Of a DNA stretch of 39,998 bases, positions 26,893-36,492 are shown piece by piece. Source of the stretch: an uncultured Bacteroidales bacterium (lineage in GTDB: Bacteria > Bacteroidota > Bacteroidia > Bacteroidales > JAEINX01). The DNA is taken from the NCBI GenBank assembly GCA_964494265.1, contig CAZBSL010000002.1:1-39998 (forward strand), written 5' to 3'. The position numbers were made by a program, and so were the translations under genes. The notes under the pieces were generated by a model that was not told the origin of the DNA, did not search any database, and saw nothing but the letters and a program-made list of their open reading frames with translations. The stretch's first letter is position 1. Every line of letters starts with the position of its first letter.

Positions 26893-28707
26893 ATGAAAGA
26901 CTCCTTTAAAGCCCGAAAGTTTGTAATAATTTCAATTATAGTGCTTATTGGATCAATTTTCATTATTCGTTTGTTTTTCCTTCAAATAATAGATAACGAA
27001 TATAAACTCTCAGCCGAAAACAATGTGTTAAGATATGTTGTTCAGTATCCGGCTCGTGGTTTAATTTATGACAGGAATGATAATTTGCTTGTTTACAATG
27101 AAGCAGCCTATGATTTACTCGTAATTCCTAAGCAATTAAAGAGTTTTGACACAACTGAATTTTGTCAACTTCTAAATATTAGTAAAGAAGAATTAATTGC
27201 AAATATTATAAAAACACGTAAGTATTCTTATTATAAACCTTCAGTATTTTTAGAGCAAATAACTAAAGAAAATTATGGGCGATTACAAGAAAAACTATAT
27301 AAGTTTAATGGATTCTACGTTCAAAAACGAACTTTGCGAAAATATCCATACAAAAATGCTGCTCACACTTTGGGTTATGTCGGTGAAGTAAATCAAAGTG
27401 ATATCAAACGAGATAGATACTATAAACAAGGTGATTACATTGGGAAAAGCGGAATAGAAAAATCATATGAAAAAGAATTACGCGGGAAAAAAGGATTGAA
27501 AATTCGTTTGGTTGATGTTTTTAACCGCATAAAAGGAAGTTATAAAGATGGACGTTTTGATACTTTAACAAAGGCAGGAAAAAATCTTAGGATTTCATTG
27601 GACATCGCACTTCAGCAATATGGTGAAATGCTTTTGAAAAACAAAAAAGGTAGCATTGTTGCAATTGAGCCTTCAACAGGAGAGATTCTTGCCCTTGTAA
27701 GTGCTCCTTTATACGATCCGAATTTACTAATTGGCCGCATTAGAACTGAGAATTATAAAAAATTAAGTATAGACACTTTACAACCTCTTTTCAACCGTGC
27801 TACGATGGCGCAATATCCTCCTGGCTCTACTTTTAAACCCATTAATGCTTTGATTGGTTTAGAAGAAAATGTGTTGACGAGAAATACAAAATATTCATGT
27901 AACGGATTAAATACTAAGCCTATAAGGTGTAGCCATGATCATTATTCGCCATTAAGCTTAATTTCTGCTATCGAACTTTCGTGCAATCCATATTTTTGGC
28001 AAGTTTTCAAATCAATAATCGAAAATCCAAAATACGCTAATACAAACGAGGCATACGATAATTGGAGAAAATATGTAAAAAGTTTCAATGTTGGTGAAAA
28101 ATTTAATACAGATATTTCAAACCAAACAAAAGGATTTATTCCATTAGATAAATATTATAATAAATATTATGGCGAAAACCACTGGAAAGCATTAACTATC
28201 AGGTCGCTTGCTATTGGACAAGGCGAAATTTTAATTAGCCCGCTTCAAATGGCAAATATAGCTGCGGCAATAGCAAATCGAGGATTTTATTACCCACCTC
28301 ATTTTTATAAAAATATTGATGATGATAATTTTATCAAACCTGAATTTTTGAAAAAAAATACTTTTCCTTTTAAGAAAAAACATTTTGAAACAATAATTGA
28401 AGGAATGTTTCAGGTTTATGAAGGTGAGCATGGTACTGCTCGTTGGTATAAAAACGACAGTATTCAAATTTGTGGGAAAACAGGAACTTCGCAAAATCCT
28501 CATGGAGAAAACCATTCGGTTTTTATTGCTTTTGCACCAAAAAATAATCCGCAGATTGCCATTTCTGTTGTTGTTGAAAATTCGGGAAGCGGAGCAAAAT
28601 GGGCTGCACCTATTGCTACGCTGATGATTGAAAAATATCTATTCGGGCATGTTGAACCAAATTGGTTTGAAGAAAATATTATTAACACAAATTTATTGGA
28701 AAATTGA
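26893..28707 (+). CDS. mrdA: Penicillin-binding protein 2 (elongasome transpeptidase)
   Basis: It has an N-terminal TM anchor, the SxxK motif (PPGSTFKP) and KTGT (GKTGTSQ). Its stop overlaps the start of rodA. Confidence 0.85.
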   Translation: MKDSFKARKFVIISIIVLIGSIFIIRLFFLQIIDNEYKLSAENNVLRYVVQYPARGLIYDRNDNLLVYNEAAYDLLVIPKQLKSFDTTEFCQLLNISKEELIANIIKTRKYSYYKPSVFLEQITKENYGRLQEKLYKFNGFYVQKRTLRKYPYKNAAHTLGYVGEVNQSDIKRDRYYKQGDYIGKSGIEKSYEKELRGKKGLKIRLVDVFNRIKGSYKDGRFDTLTKAGKNLRISLDIALQQYGEMLLKNKKGSIVAIEPSTGEILALVSAPLYDPNLLIGRIRTENYKKLSIDTLQPLFNRATMAQYPPGSTFKPINALIGLEENVLTRNTKYSCNGLNTKPIRCSHDHYSPLSLISAIELSCNPYFWQVFKSIIENPKYANTNEAYDNWRKYVKSFNVGEKFNTDISNQTKGFIPLDKYYNKYYGENHWKALTIRSLAIGQGEILISPLQMANIAAAIANRGFYYPPHFYKNIDDDNFIKPEFLKKNTFPFKKKHFETIIEGMFQVYEGEHGTARWYKNDSIQICGKTGTSQNPHGENHSVFIAFAPKNNPQIAISVVVENSGSGAKWAAPIATLMIEKYLFGHVEPNWFEENIINTNLLEN

Positions 28708-29963
28708 GAGAAAGAAAAGGAATCTTCTATAATATTGACCGGTTGACAGTATTTTTATATTTGTTGCTTGTTTTCATCGGATGGATAAATATTTATGCAG
28801 CAGTTTATAATGAAGAACATAAAAGTATATTCGATTTATCTCAGAACTACGGTAAACAATTAATGTGGATAATTAGTTCAGTAGTTTTAGCCTTGATAAT
28901 TTTAATGATAGATATTAAATTTTTCTCTTCCTTTTCATACATAATTTATTTTCTTAGTATGTTTTCGCTCCTGGCGGTTTTATTATTAGGTAAAGAAATT
29001 GCCGGATCAAAATCGTGGTTTCAAATAGGAAGTTTTGCCCTCCAACCGGCTGAATTTGCGAAATTTGCTACTTGTCTTGCCATTGCAAAATACCTTAGTG
29101 CAATCGATAGAAAAATGAAATCATTGAAAACAAAAGTATTTGCTTTTATAATTCTATTATTTCCGGCCGGATTAATTTTATTGCAAAACGATACAGGCTC
29201 TGCTTTGGTTTACTTTTCGTTTATTTTGGTTCTTTATCGGGAAGGCTTATCAGGTTCATTTTTAATATTTAGCGGAATTATTGCTGTTTTATTTTTGTTA
29301 ACACTTTGGTTAGGAATTTTATATGCAGGCGGAATAGTATTGGCTGTTTGCTTATTCTTATTACTTTTAATAAAAAGAAACCGAAATAATATTTTCACAT
29401 TAATTGCAGCGTTTATAATTTCCGGAGGTTTTGTTTTAAGCGTTGATTATGTTTTTGAAAACATACTTGAAAAACATCAGAAAACACGTATTAATGTTTT
29501 AATTGGGAAAGAAACCGATATTAGAGGAGCAGGATATAATGTTCACCAATCTAAAATTGCAATTGGCTCGGGTGGATTGACGGGCAAAGGTTTTTTAAAA
29601 GGAACACAAACAAAATATAACTTTGTACCTGAACAAAGTACCGACTTTATTTTCTGTACAATAGGCGAAGAATGGGGCTTTGCAGGTAGTTTAATGGTAG
29701 TGTTATTATTTTCAACTTTACTAATTAGGTTAATTATTATAGCCGAAAGACAAAAATCGAAATTTAGCAGGATTTACGGTTATGGCGTAAGCTCAATTTT
29801 GTTTTTCCATTTTATAATTAATATTGGAATGACAATAGGGATAGCACCGGTTATAGGTATTCCTCTTCCTTTTATAAGTTACGGAGGTTCTTCATTATGG
29901 GCATTTACTATTCTTCTATTTATTTTTATCAGGATGGATGCAAGCAGGAGCGAATTGCTTTAA
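28704..29963 (+). CDS. rodA: Rod shape-determining protein RodA (SEDS family peptidoglycan polymerase)
   Basis: It is polytopic and of the FtsW/RodA/SpoVE type (SKIAIGSGGLTGKGF, PEQSTDFIF, IPLPFISYGGSS). It overlaps mrdA by 4 nt and has a TTG start. Confidence 0.85.
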   Translation: MRERKGIFYNIDRLTVFLYLLLVFIGWINIYAAVYNEEHKSIFDLSQNYGKQLMWIISSVVLALIILMIDIKFFSSFSYIIYFLSMFSLLAVLLLGKEIAGSKSWFQIGSFALQPAEFAKFATCLAIAKYLSAIDRKMKSLKTKVFAFIILLFPAGLILLQNDTGSALVYFSFILVLYREGLSGSFLIFSGIIAVLFLLTLWLGILYAGGIVLAVCLFLLLLIKRNRNNIFTLIAAFIISGGFVLSVDYVFENILEKHQKTRINVLIGKETDIRGAGYNVHQSKIAIGSGGLTGKGFLKGTQTKYNFVPEQSTDFIFCTIGEEWGFAGSLMVVLLFSTLLIRLIIIAERQKSKFSRIYGYGVSSILFFHFIINIGMTIGIAPVIGIPLPFISYGGSSLWAFTILLFIFIRMDASRSELL

Positions 29964-30034
29964 GAAAACCTATTTTTTATCAAATTAAAGATTAAAATCA
30001 TGCAACTTCTTTATTTTCAATATTTTTTTTATCT

Positions 30035-30059
30035 CCTAAAATAGTCAACCTATTTTAGG
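30035..30059. other. Perfect 10-bp stem, 5-nt loop hairpin between convergent genes
   Basis: CCTAAAATAG-TCAAC-CTATTTTAGG. The T run lies on the 5' side only, so this is not a canonical intrinsic terminator for either strand. Confidence 0.35.
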
Positions 30060-30155
30060 GAAGGACACATTATTCATTTTTCCTTGTTCAGTATTCGAAA
30101 TTCAAATTGGGATTTTATTCCTTACTCAACCTATGGGTTTTCAATCTATAGTAGT

Positions 30156-31304
30156 TTAGTTCATATTCGAATAGATTGCATTAAAAATATCGGGAAACAT
30201 ATATGTAGGTGTAGTACCCTCTATCTGGCAATTATACCAGAGAATAATGCTACAATTTTTTTCCGGTGAATAAACCATCAATGAGGTACATCCAAATATA
30301 CTACCGGCATGCCCGTAAAACCCTTTGTCTTCCCAAATTCCCATTCCATATTTCCACGATCCCAGATTAGATTCATGACAAATCAATCGCTTCTGCTGGA
30401 GCTCAGTAGAGAGAAAAGAGCCATCTACAAGTGCCTTGACATAAGTATTAAGTTCATAGATAGTTGAAATCATAGATCCTGCCGCTCCGGCCCAAGAGAC
30501 ATCAAAATATTCTAAACTTGCAGGAAGTTCGGGTGCATATTCACCTATATAATATCCATTAGAGTGATATCCGGGAACCTGTGTGCCTCCAACGAGGTAA
30601 ACAGTATTGATTAATTTAAGAGGATCCATAATTCTTGTCCTGATATTGTATTCAAGTGATAATCCGGTTAGCATCTCAATAATCCGGCCTGCGAAGATAG
30701 TATTTGTATTGGAATATTGGAAATCTGTTCCCGGGTCAAAATCATAGGGATATTCTGCAACAATGGCGATTATTTCATCAGATGTCCATGTGTGCGTAGG
30801 ATTTGTTATAAGAATATTATAGAAATCTTCAGAATTAGTATAACTATAAATACCACTACGCATGTTAGCCAACATCTCAATGCTAACCTCATCAGCCCTG
30901 GGAAAATCTGGGAAGTAGGTCGATAATTTGTCATCCAATGTAAGAAGCTCCTCATCTACCAATTGGAGTAAAACCGTTATGACAAAAGTTTTAGTGTTGC
31001 TTCCAATCCGAAAGATCATATCCGGCGAAAGGGGAGCTTTCGTTTCCAGGTCAGATACACCGGCAGTATAGACAAAGTCAACACCTTCGTTTGGGGCCCA
31101 AATACCGGCAACCAAACCCGGCACATGAGTATTTGCAATAACCGAATCCAATACAGCTTTTAATTTATTGTCGATAACCTTTGAAGGAATGGGCTGAATA
31201 TCTGGCGATTTGTCTTTCTTGCACCCTGAAAACGATAAGGCAGACAACATGATTACACTTGCAATTAATACTACTAATGGGAATTTGTTAAATTGTTTTT
31301 TCAT
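30156..31304 (-). CDS. Serine hydrolase of the beta-lactamase / DD-peptidase (SxxK) family, predicted lipoprotein
   Basis: It has a lipoprotein signal (LSALSFSGCKKDK) and the SxxK motif in FRIGSNTKTF, at the position typical of class C beta-lactamase-related proteins. The region is higher in GC than its surroundings. Confidence 0.7.
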   Translation of the reverse strand: MKKQFNKFPLVVLIASVIMLSALSFSGCKKDKSPDIQPIPSKVIDNKLKAVLDSVIANTHVPGLVAGIWAPNEGVDFVYTAGVSDLETKAPLSPDMIFRIGSNTKTFVITVLLQLVDEELLTLDDKLSTYFPDFPRADEVSIEMLANMRSGIYSYTNSEDFYNILITNPTHTWTSDEIIAIVAEYPYDFDPGTDFQYSNTNTIFAGRIIEMLTGLSLEYNIRTRIMDPLKLINTVYLVGGTQVPGYHSNGYYIGEYAPELPASLEYFDVSWAGAAGSMISTIYELNTYVKALVDGSFLSTELQQKRLICHESNLGSWKYGMGIWEDKGFYGHAGSIFGCTSLMVYSPEKNCSIILWYNCQIEGTTPTYMFPDIFNAIYSNMN

Positions 31305-31445
31305 GGTTTAATAATTAAAATTTTCAATAGTTTGATGCTTGTCTGTCTTTAGGTTACTTATAATTTTTTGATTTAATGTATTGTCCTATTTTGCAATAAT
31401 TATTCTTTGTTTAATATGTTTAAAATCAATCATGAATGTTTCATA

Positions 31446-32771
31446 TTATTTATTCTCTAAAAACGGAATCGCAATCGTTTCGTATTGCGGAGCATCATTG
31501 AAAGTACCAAGCCATAAATCCAGTCGGTTTTCGGAAAAGGAATAGGCCATACTCTGAATTGTACCGAGATTATAGATGTCACCGGGGTCCATACCTCCGG
31601 ATCCCGATTTGTGATAGCTCATGATTGTCCTGATCCGGTCAATATCCACTGTATTCCCTTCCTGGATCAGCATGGTTTCAAAGCTGGCCCAGCGATTGGT
31701 ATTCCATACCTGCTCTGTAAAGTTGTCAAAATTGCCCTTGAGCACGAAAGCATTAACACAGGCAATAGCGTCTGAGATTCCCCATGTAATACCGGGATTT
31801 AGCTCTGAGTCAAAAACGCGTAATGCCCGGTTTCTTTCAAAGTCATTTTCCAATACCTTGGTCGTGTTTTTATCGGCAATAAACATATTGTTATGATAGG
31901 CGTAGATCCTGGATGGATCCCCCAGAAATGCGCCCACTTCATCCACCGTGGAGAATGTTTCTAGCGCATCCCGTATATCCAGCATTACGGATTTCTTGCC
32001 CACGGCAGAGTATGGGCCTCCTATATCGCTATACAGGTTGGCTACAAATATTCCATTGCTGTTAATACCCACAGAGGTACCTATCGATCCCAGGGTTGCG
32101 AACATTAACATCTGTTTCTCTCCGTTTTTTAAATAGATCAGTGCGTTTGTATTCGTGTAATTGGTATTGTTGTTTGCAGATTTCGTTGGTGGCCCAGAAG
32201 CCCAATCGGTATTTCTACCTACTATGGTTTGTCCTGTGGCAGATCTGCTTCCGAAAACAGCAGTCGCCGAACAGCCAACCGCAGTACAGACATCAGGGGT
32301 AAAATTTAAGATAATGTACTCATCACGGGATAATTTCCCGTCACCCAATACATTGATTGTTCCTCCGCTGAGATCCGAGGCAAAACCTTCTATTTCATCC
32401 TTATACAGCGGTTGGATGTTCTTGAAGATTTCAATCGCCCTTTCAATCAGGACTTCATATGTTATTCCCGGATCGGCCTGATGTAAAGCGTAAACACTAT
32501 AGGCCAGGAATGCATCAGCTCCTTCTTCGTAGTCAGGAACCAAAGAAAGGACCATGGTCCCATATTCCTTACCGATGTTGTACCGGGATCCTGAGGAATA
32601 ATCGATGTTTACTTCCCAGTACATTGTCTTTTGCGTTATGGTGACATAATTGTCGGGGTCGGGTGAATCGTTGGATTTGTCTTTTTTACATCCTCCGAGT
32701 GAAAGGGCAGACAATAGAATTACACCTGCAATAAAAACAATAAAAGGAAAATTTCTTGATTTTTTTTTCAT
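31446..32771 (-). CDS. Ntn-hydrolase superfamily protein, most like C45 (acyl-CoA:6-APA acyltransferase-type) peptidases; predicted lipoprotein
   Basis: The start was moved to Met9 (MKKKSRNFPFIVFIAGVILLSALSLGGCKKDK). The internal block TAVGCSATAVFGSRSATGQTIVGRNTDW resembles the Gly-Cys autoprocessing site plus the GRNxDW block of C45/choloylglycine-type Ntn hydrolases. The family assignment was made by eye only. Confidence 0.5.
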   Translation of the reverse strand: MKKKSRNFPFIVFIAGVILLSALSLGGCKKDKSNDSPDPDNYVTITQKTMYWEVNIDYSSGSRYNIGKEYGTMVLSLVPDYEEGADAFLAYSVYALHQADPGITYEVLIERAIEIFKNIQPLYKDEIEGFASDLSGGTINVLGDGKLSRDEYIILNFTPDVCTAVGCSATAVFGSRSATGQTIVGRNTDWASGPPTKSANNNTNYTNTNALIYLKNGEKQMLMFATLGSIGTSVGINSNGIFVANLYSDIGGPYSAVGKKSVMLDIRDALETFSTVDEVGAFLGDPSRIYAYHNNMFIADKNTTKVLENDFERNRALRVFDSELNPGITWGISDAIACVNAFVLKGNFDNFTEQVWNTNRWASFETMLIQEGNTVDIDRIRTIMSYHKSGSGGMDPGDIYNLGTIQSMAYSFSENRLDLWLGTFNDAPQYETIAIPFLENK

Positions 32772-33016
32772 GATTCTCAAATTTAAGTTATTCATTGATC
32801 TTTTATTTATTTTTGATGTTTTTTATAATAAATTCCATTTTTTACTCCAATTTAAAACTATTCTTAATATATTTTAATTGTTGTACGAAGCAAAATTATA
32901 TAAAATATTTTATATAGAAAAATAAAATATTAAAATAAATAAGTATGAATATTGCTTTTAATTACATAAACACAAAAGAGGTATAAGTATCAAAATCAAA
33001 TTCTCAAAATCATAAC

Positions 33017-34798
33017 TCATTTTTCCAAAGGCAATTTCATCTTTTTGTTAATCCTAGCCACAGGGTATCTGTTGTGTTTTTCGTCTGCCCATTCCGTATT
33101 ATAATAAATATATGCAAGTTGAGCGCGGTGATTTGAAGCGAACTCTTTGTCTTCTTTTTTCTTTTTCTCAAATTCGGCTTTAAATTCTGGGTGTTCGTCT
33201 AAGTATTTCAAGGCATTTTCCTCGAAACCATAAGATGAAAAATACTCACGGCTCTCCAAACAGGGATCAAAAAAGTTCCACCTGAAAAATGAGTCATGGC
33301 CTTCGGGTTCAAGTAACTCAACAATGTATTTGTTGCTTTCCTGGTTTAATGGAATAACATAATCACCTTCAAAATACTGTACTTTTTGCATCTCGGGATG
33401 CAGCTTGATATTTCTATGTGAATGATGTCCGTTATATGCTCTCACAGAATTCTCATGATTATCGATATAATAAACCTCAACTTCCAAAATAGTATCCTTT
33501 CTTAAGGGATACATTTCTATATTATTGATTTTTAATCTATCTATAACTTCCGACCATGCTTGCGGAACAATATACATTTCGGGCTTTTTAATGATTTTTG
33601 TAGGATAATAATATTGATAAAACGGAATTTCTGTTTCGAAAGCTTTGTTTTTATTAAAACCGAATCTTTCTACGCCGGAAACGGGACTAAGCCCCATTTC
33701 GGCTTCATAACCTTTGAAAGTAATCGTATCAAATCTGTTTGTGTCAACTTCATAATCAAGAGCAAATTCAGTTTGAGTTAACATCTCCTGATTAGCGAGT
33801 TTGCGTTTTTTTGAAATTTCTTCTCCATTTTCGGAAGTAAATTCCACAAAAGCTTTTATAAAATTATAAGCTGACTTTACTCTGTCGGGGAAATCTTTAT
33901 AAATATGATTTTCTGTCATAAAACCGAGAGTATTAAAAAGCGAAACATAGCCTGTTGAAAACATGGGAGTTTGAACATCAAGATAAATTCCCTTTTTAAC
34001 CGATCTGTTGCGATAGGAAACATAAGGTATCATTTCATAATCACCTTCTGCCATTTTTTTGTAAAGTGCCGGAACCATTTTATTTCTAAAAAAATCACTG
34101 AGGACTTTTGGGTAGTAATCGGGTTGGACCGGAATTAAAGTTATGGTGTATTTATGCTCTGAGCCGTTTGTTGTATGTGTATCAAGAAAAACATCCGGTT
34201 TCCATTTTCGGAAGATTGTTGCAAAAGCCTTGGCATTTTCGGTATCCATTTTCACAAAATCACGATTCAGGTCAAGGTTTTTAGCATTTCCCCGGTAACC
34301 GCATTCCTTGGGCGAAGTTTGTCCTGTACGATGCCATGCGCTTTGGCTCAGGCATCCACCAACATTATAAACCGGAATTATACAAACTACAGTATTTTTA
34401 AGATATTTTGCCATTTGGTTTTTGTTTCGTAAAATATCATCGGCAAATTGCAAACTTGCATCAATTCCGCAAGGTTCGCCCGGGTGGATTCCATTGTTTA
34501 TTAATACAATCCTTTTATTATTTTTTCTGATAGAAACCGGATCGAAATCTTTATCCGATGATATTACAAAGAGATGTAATGGTTTACCTGCATCTGTTTT
34601 ACCGTATTCAAGCAACTTTGCTTCGGGGTAGTGCTTTGCAAGTTTTTCATACATTTCAATTATTTCGTAATAACTTGGTGTAATATCTTCTTCATAAGAA
34701 AGCTGAATAATAGCTTCACCAATGTTTTTATTTTCCCTTGTGCATGAGGTGATAATTGAGAAAATAATAATCAAGAATAAAAATATTTTATTTTTCAT
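33017..34798 (-). CDS. M14-family zinc carboxypeptidase, predicted lipoprotein
   Basis: It has a signal peptide plus Cys (FLIIIFSIITSC). The zinc-binding HxxE lies in NNGIHPGEPCG, with a downstream DLNRDF block typical of M14. The length is 593 aa. Confidence 0.7.
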   Translation of the reverse strand: MKNKIFLFLIIIFSIITSCTRENKNIGEAIIQLSYEEDITPSYYEIIEMYEKLAKHYPEAKLLEYGKTDAGKPLHLFVISSDKDFDPVSIRKNNKRIVLINNGIHPGEPCGIDASLQFADDILRNKNQMAKYLKNTVVCIIPVYNVGGCLSQSAWHRTGQTSPKECGYRGNAKNLDLNRDFVKMDTENAKAFATIFRKWKPDVFLDTHTTNGSEHKYTITLIPVQPDYYPKVLSDFFRNKMVPALYKKMAEGDYEMIPYVSYRNRSVKKGIYLDVQTPMFSTGYVSLFNTLGFMTENHIYKDFPDRVKSAYNFIKAFVEFTSENGEEISKKRKLANQEMLTQTEFALDYEVDTNRFDTITFKGYEAEMGLSPVSGVERFGFNKNKAFETEIPFYQYYYPTKIIKKPEMYIVPQAWSEVIDRLKINNIEMYPLRKDTILEVEVYYIDNHENSVRAYNGHHSHRNIKLHPEMQKVQYFEGDYVIPLNQESNKYIVELLEPEGHDSFFRWNFFDPCLESREYFSSYGFEENALKYLDEHPEFKAEFEKKKKEDKEFASNHRAQLAYIYYNTEWADEKHNRYPVARINKKMKLPLEK

Positions 34799-34869
34799 AG
34801 TTTATAACGTTTTATAGTGATAGCATATGGCCGCTCACTACTCAAATTCATGGTTATGGTGCGTATTTC

Positions 34870-35169
34870 TTACATAAATGTTAGTCCAATTCTTTTTCCA
34901 AGTCCTGTTTCAAATATTCTGATCAAGGTTGAAAGTTGAATATTTCCTTTAGCATTCTCAAGTTTCGATATGTAACTTTTTTTTGTTCCTGCTTTTATTG
35001 CAAGTTGCTCTTGTGTTATTTTTGCTTCTTTTCTTGCTTCTTTTAACATTTCACTGATTATGTACATATGTGAACGTTCCTCAAAGTCATTTCGCTTTTC
35101 AGTTCCAATTTCTCCGTATTTCTTATTTAACAGTTCATCAAAGTCTTTAATCCCTTTGTAATTTTTCAT
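34870..35169 (-). CDS. XRE-family HTH antitoxin (HigA-like)
   Basis: It has the HTH_3 signature ITQEQLAIKAGTKKSYISKLENAKGNIQLSTL. It is 99 aa and starts 4 nt downstream of the RelE/ParE-type gene. Confidence 0.8.
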   Translation of the reverse strand: MKNYKGIKDFDELLNKKYGEIGTEKRNDFEERSHMYIISEMLKEARKEAKITQEQLAIKAGTKKSYISKLENAKGNIQLSTLIRIFETGLGKRIGLTFM

Positions 35170-35173
35170 TATG

Positions 35174-35509
35174 TTACTTTTTTTCGTTAAAATATTCCTT
35201 TTTCAATTTTTCTGCCAATTCTATGTCTTTCCTAAGAGTTTTTCTTGTCTTTTTTTGAAATCCATTCAATAAAACAACTAATCTCCCTTTATCAAAGAAA
35301 CATAAAATTCGATAAATATTAGATTGATACTCAACTCGAATTTCATAAAGACCGTCAGTTGAGGACAAGTGTTGAAAGAATTTCTTTGGTATTCTTTCAA
35401 CATGCCTTATCAATTTGAAAACGTATTCAATTTTTTCTTGAACTTGTACGTTCTGTTTTGAATAGAATTCAATAAAGTAGTCTTTATAAAAATCAATCTT
35501 TCTTATCAT
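35174..35509 (-). CDS. RelE/ParE-superfamily toxin (HigB / phage Gp49-like)
   Basis: It is 111 aa. YEIRVEYQSNIYRILCFFDKGRLVVLLNGFQKKTRK is typical of Gp49/HigB-type toxins. The toxin-first gene order matches higBA. Confidence 0.75.
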   Translation of the reverse strand: MIRKIDFYKDYFIEFYSKQNVQVQEKIEYVFKLIRHVERIPKKFFQHLSSTDGLYEIRVEYQSNIYRILCFFDKGRLVVLLNGFQKKTRKTLRKDIELAEKLKKEYFNEKK

Positions 35510-35560
35510 TTTGCAAAGTTATCATAAAAGATAACATTTGTCAAGATATTTTTTATTTAT
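35510..35560 (-). promoter_or_regulatory. Putative Bacteroidota-type promoter (-7 box TAACTTTG) overlapped by a palindromic operator
   Basis: The minus strand reads TTGACAAATGTTATCTTTTATGATAACTTTGCAAAATG. TAACTTTG fits TAnnTTTG and ends 4 nt before the ATG. The palindrome GTTATC-N6-GATAAC (35518-35535) overlaps it. Confidence 0.5.
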
Positions 35561-35589
35561 TATTTCTTTATTTTCCTAATTCTTCTTTA

Positions 35590-36351
35590 TTAAAAATCAA
35601 ATTCTTTTCGCAACTCTTTAATTCTGCTTTTACTAACTTTAAGTTGTAAATCATTTTTCAAAATTACGATATAATTTTCTTTTGAATAATGTTGAATTTG
35701 ATCTACTGCAGAAAGGCGGATAATATTTGATCGATGGATGCGTAGAAACTTTGAAGCCGGTAGATGTTCTTCAAAATATTTCATGGTTTGATGCTTTAGA
35801 TATTTGTTTTTTTCGGTATAGATCATAACATAATCATCTTCAGCTTCAATATTAAATATGTCTTCAATTGGAATAATATGAATTTTATGATTGGATTTAA
35901 CAATCACATTTTCAATTTCTTTTGTGTTATTTTGAACATGATTTAGAAGATTATCCAACTCTTCTTTTGATTTAGATTTGTTCTTAATTTTTAAAAATGC
36001 TTTCTCAAGTGCAGCTTTAAAACGATCACGCGAAAATGGTTTTAAAAGATAGTCAACAGCATTCATATCAAAAGCTTTAATAGCAAATTCATCAAAAGCA
36101 GTTGTGAAAATTATTTCGGGAGCTTCGTCGAGAAGCTCAAGCATTTCAAACCCACTTAGTTTTGGCATTTGAATGTCAAGAAAAATCAAATCGATTTTAT
36201 TTTCGTTAATTGCCTTAATGCCCGTGAAACCATTCTCACATTCACCCACAAGCTCAATATTGTCAAAATCGGCAAGATAAGCTTTCAATAAATCTCTTGC
36301 AGGTTCTTCATCTTCGATTATAAGGGCTGTAATTCTTTTGCTTGTTTTCAT
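35590..36351 (-). CDS. LytTR-family two-component response regulator (REC + LytTR), with no adjacent kinase
   Basis: The ATG at 36351 gives MKTSKRITALIIEDEEP. The phospho-acceptor context is DLIFLDIQMP. The LytTR C-terminal part has FLRIHRSNIIRL. The longer ORF-track start at 36375 is a TTG. Confidence 0.85.
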   Translation of the reverse strand: MKTSKRITALIIEDEEPARDLLKAYLADFDNIELVGECENGFTGIKAINENKIDLIFLDIQMPKLSGFEMLELLDEAPEIIFTTAFDEFAIKAFDMNAVDYLLKPFSRDRFKAALEKAFLKIKNKSKSKEELDNLLNHVQNNTKEIENVIVKSNHKIHIIPIEDIFNIEAEDDYVMIYTEKNKYLKHQTMKYFEEHLPASKFLRIHRSNIIRLSAVDQIQHYSKENYIVILKNDLQLKVSKSRIKELRKEFDF

Positions 36352-36382
36352 ATTTTCTTTTCTGTGTGAATTCAAATTATCG

Positions 36383-36465
36383 ACAGATTCACAGATTATA
36401 AAATTAATCTTTTTGTAATGGGTATTTCTGTTCTGAATATTTCATAAATTTATCTGTGAATCTGT
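36383..36465. repeat. Inverted repeat with 14-bp perfect arms (ACAGATTCACAGAT / ATCTGTGAATCTGT) and a ~55-nt loop
   Basis: The arms lie at about 36383-36396 and 36452-36465, between the C26 gene stop and the LytTR regulator start. Confidence 0.75.
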
Positions 36466-36492
36466 GGCTTTAATTTCTTTTCTCACCATAAA

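Noticed and set aside
30084-32877. Many 60-110-aa plus-strand ORFs (30084-30269, 30717-30926, 31621-31896, 31948-32136, 32096-32302, 32161-32481, 32459-32644, 32650-32877)
   Set aside because: They are antisense to the two hydrolase genes. Their abundance is explained by the locally higher GC content, which gives fewer random stops.
33560-34631. Plus-strand ORFs inside the M14 carboxypeptidase gene (33560-33781, 34175-34432, 34422-34631)
   Set aside because: They are antisense to a long ORF that has zinc-carboxypeptidase motifs, and they show no features of their own.
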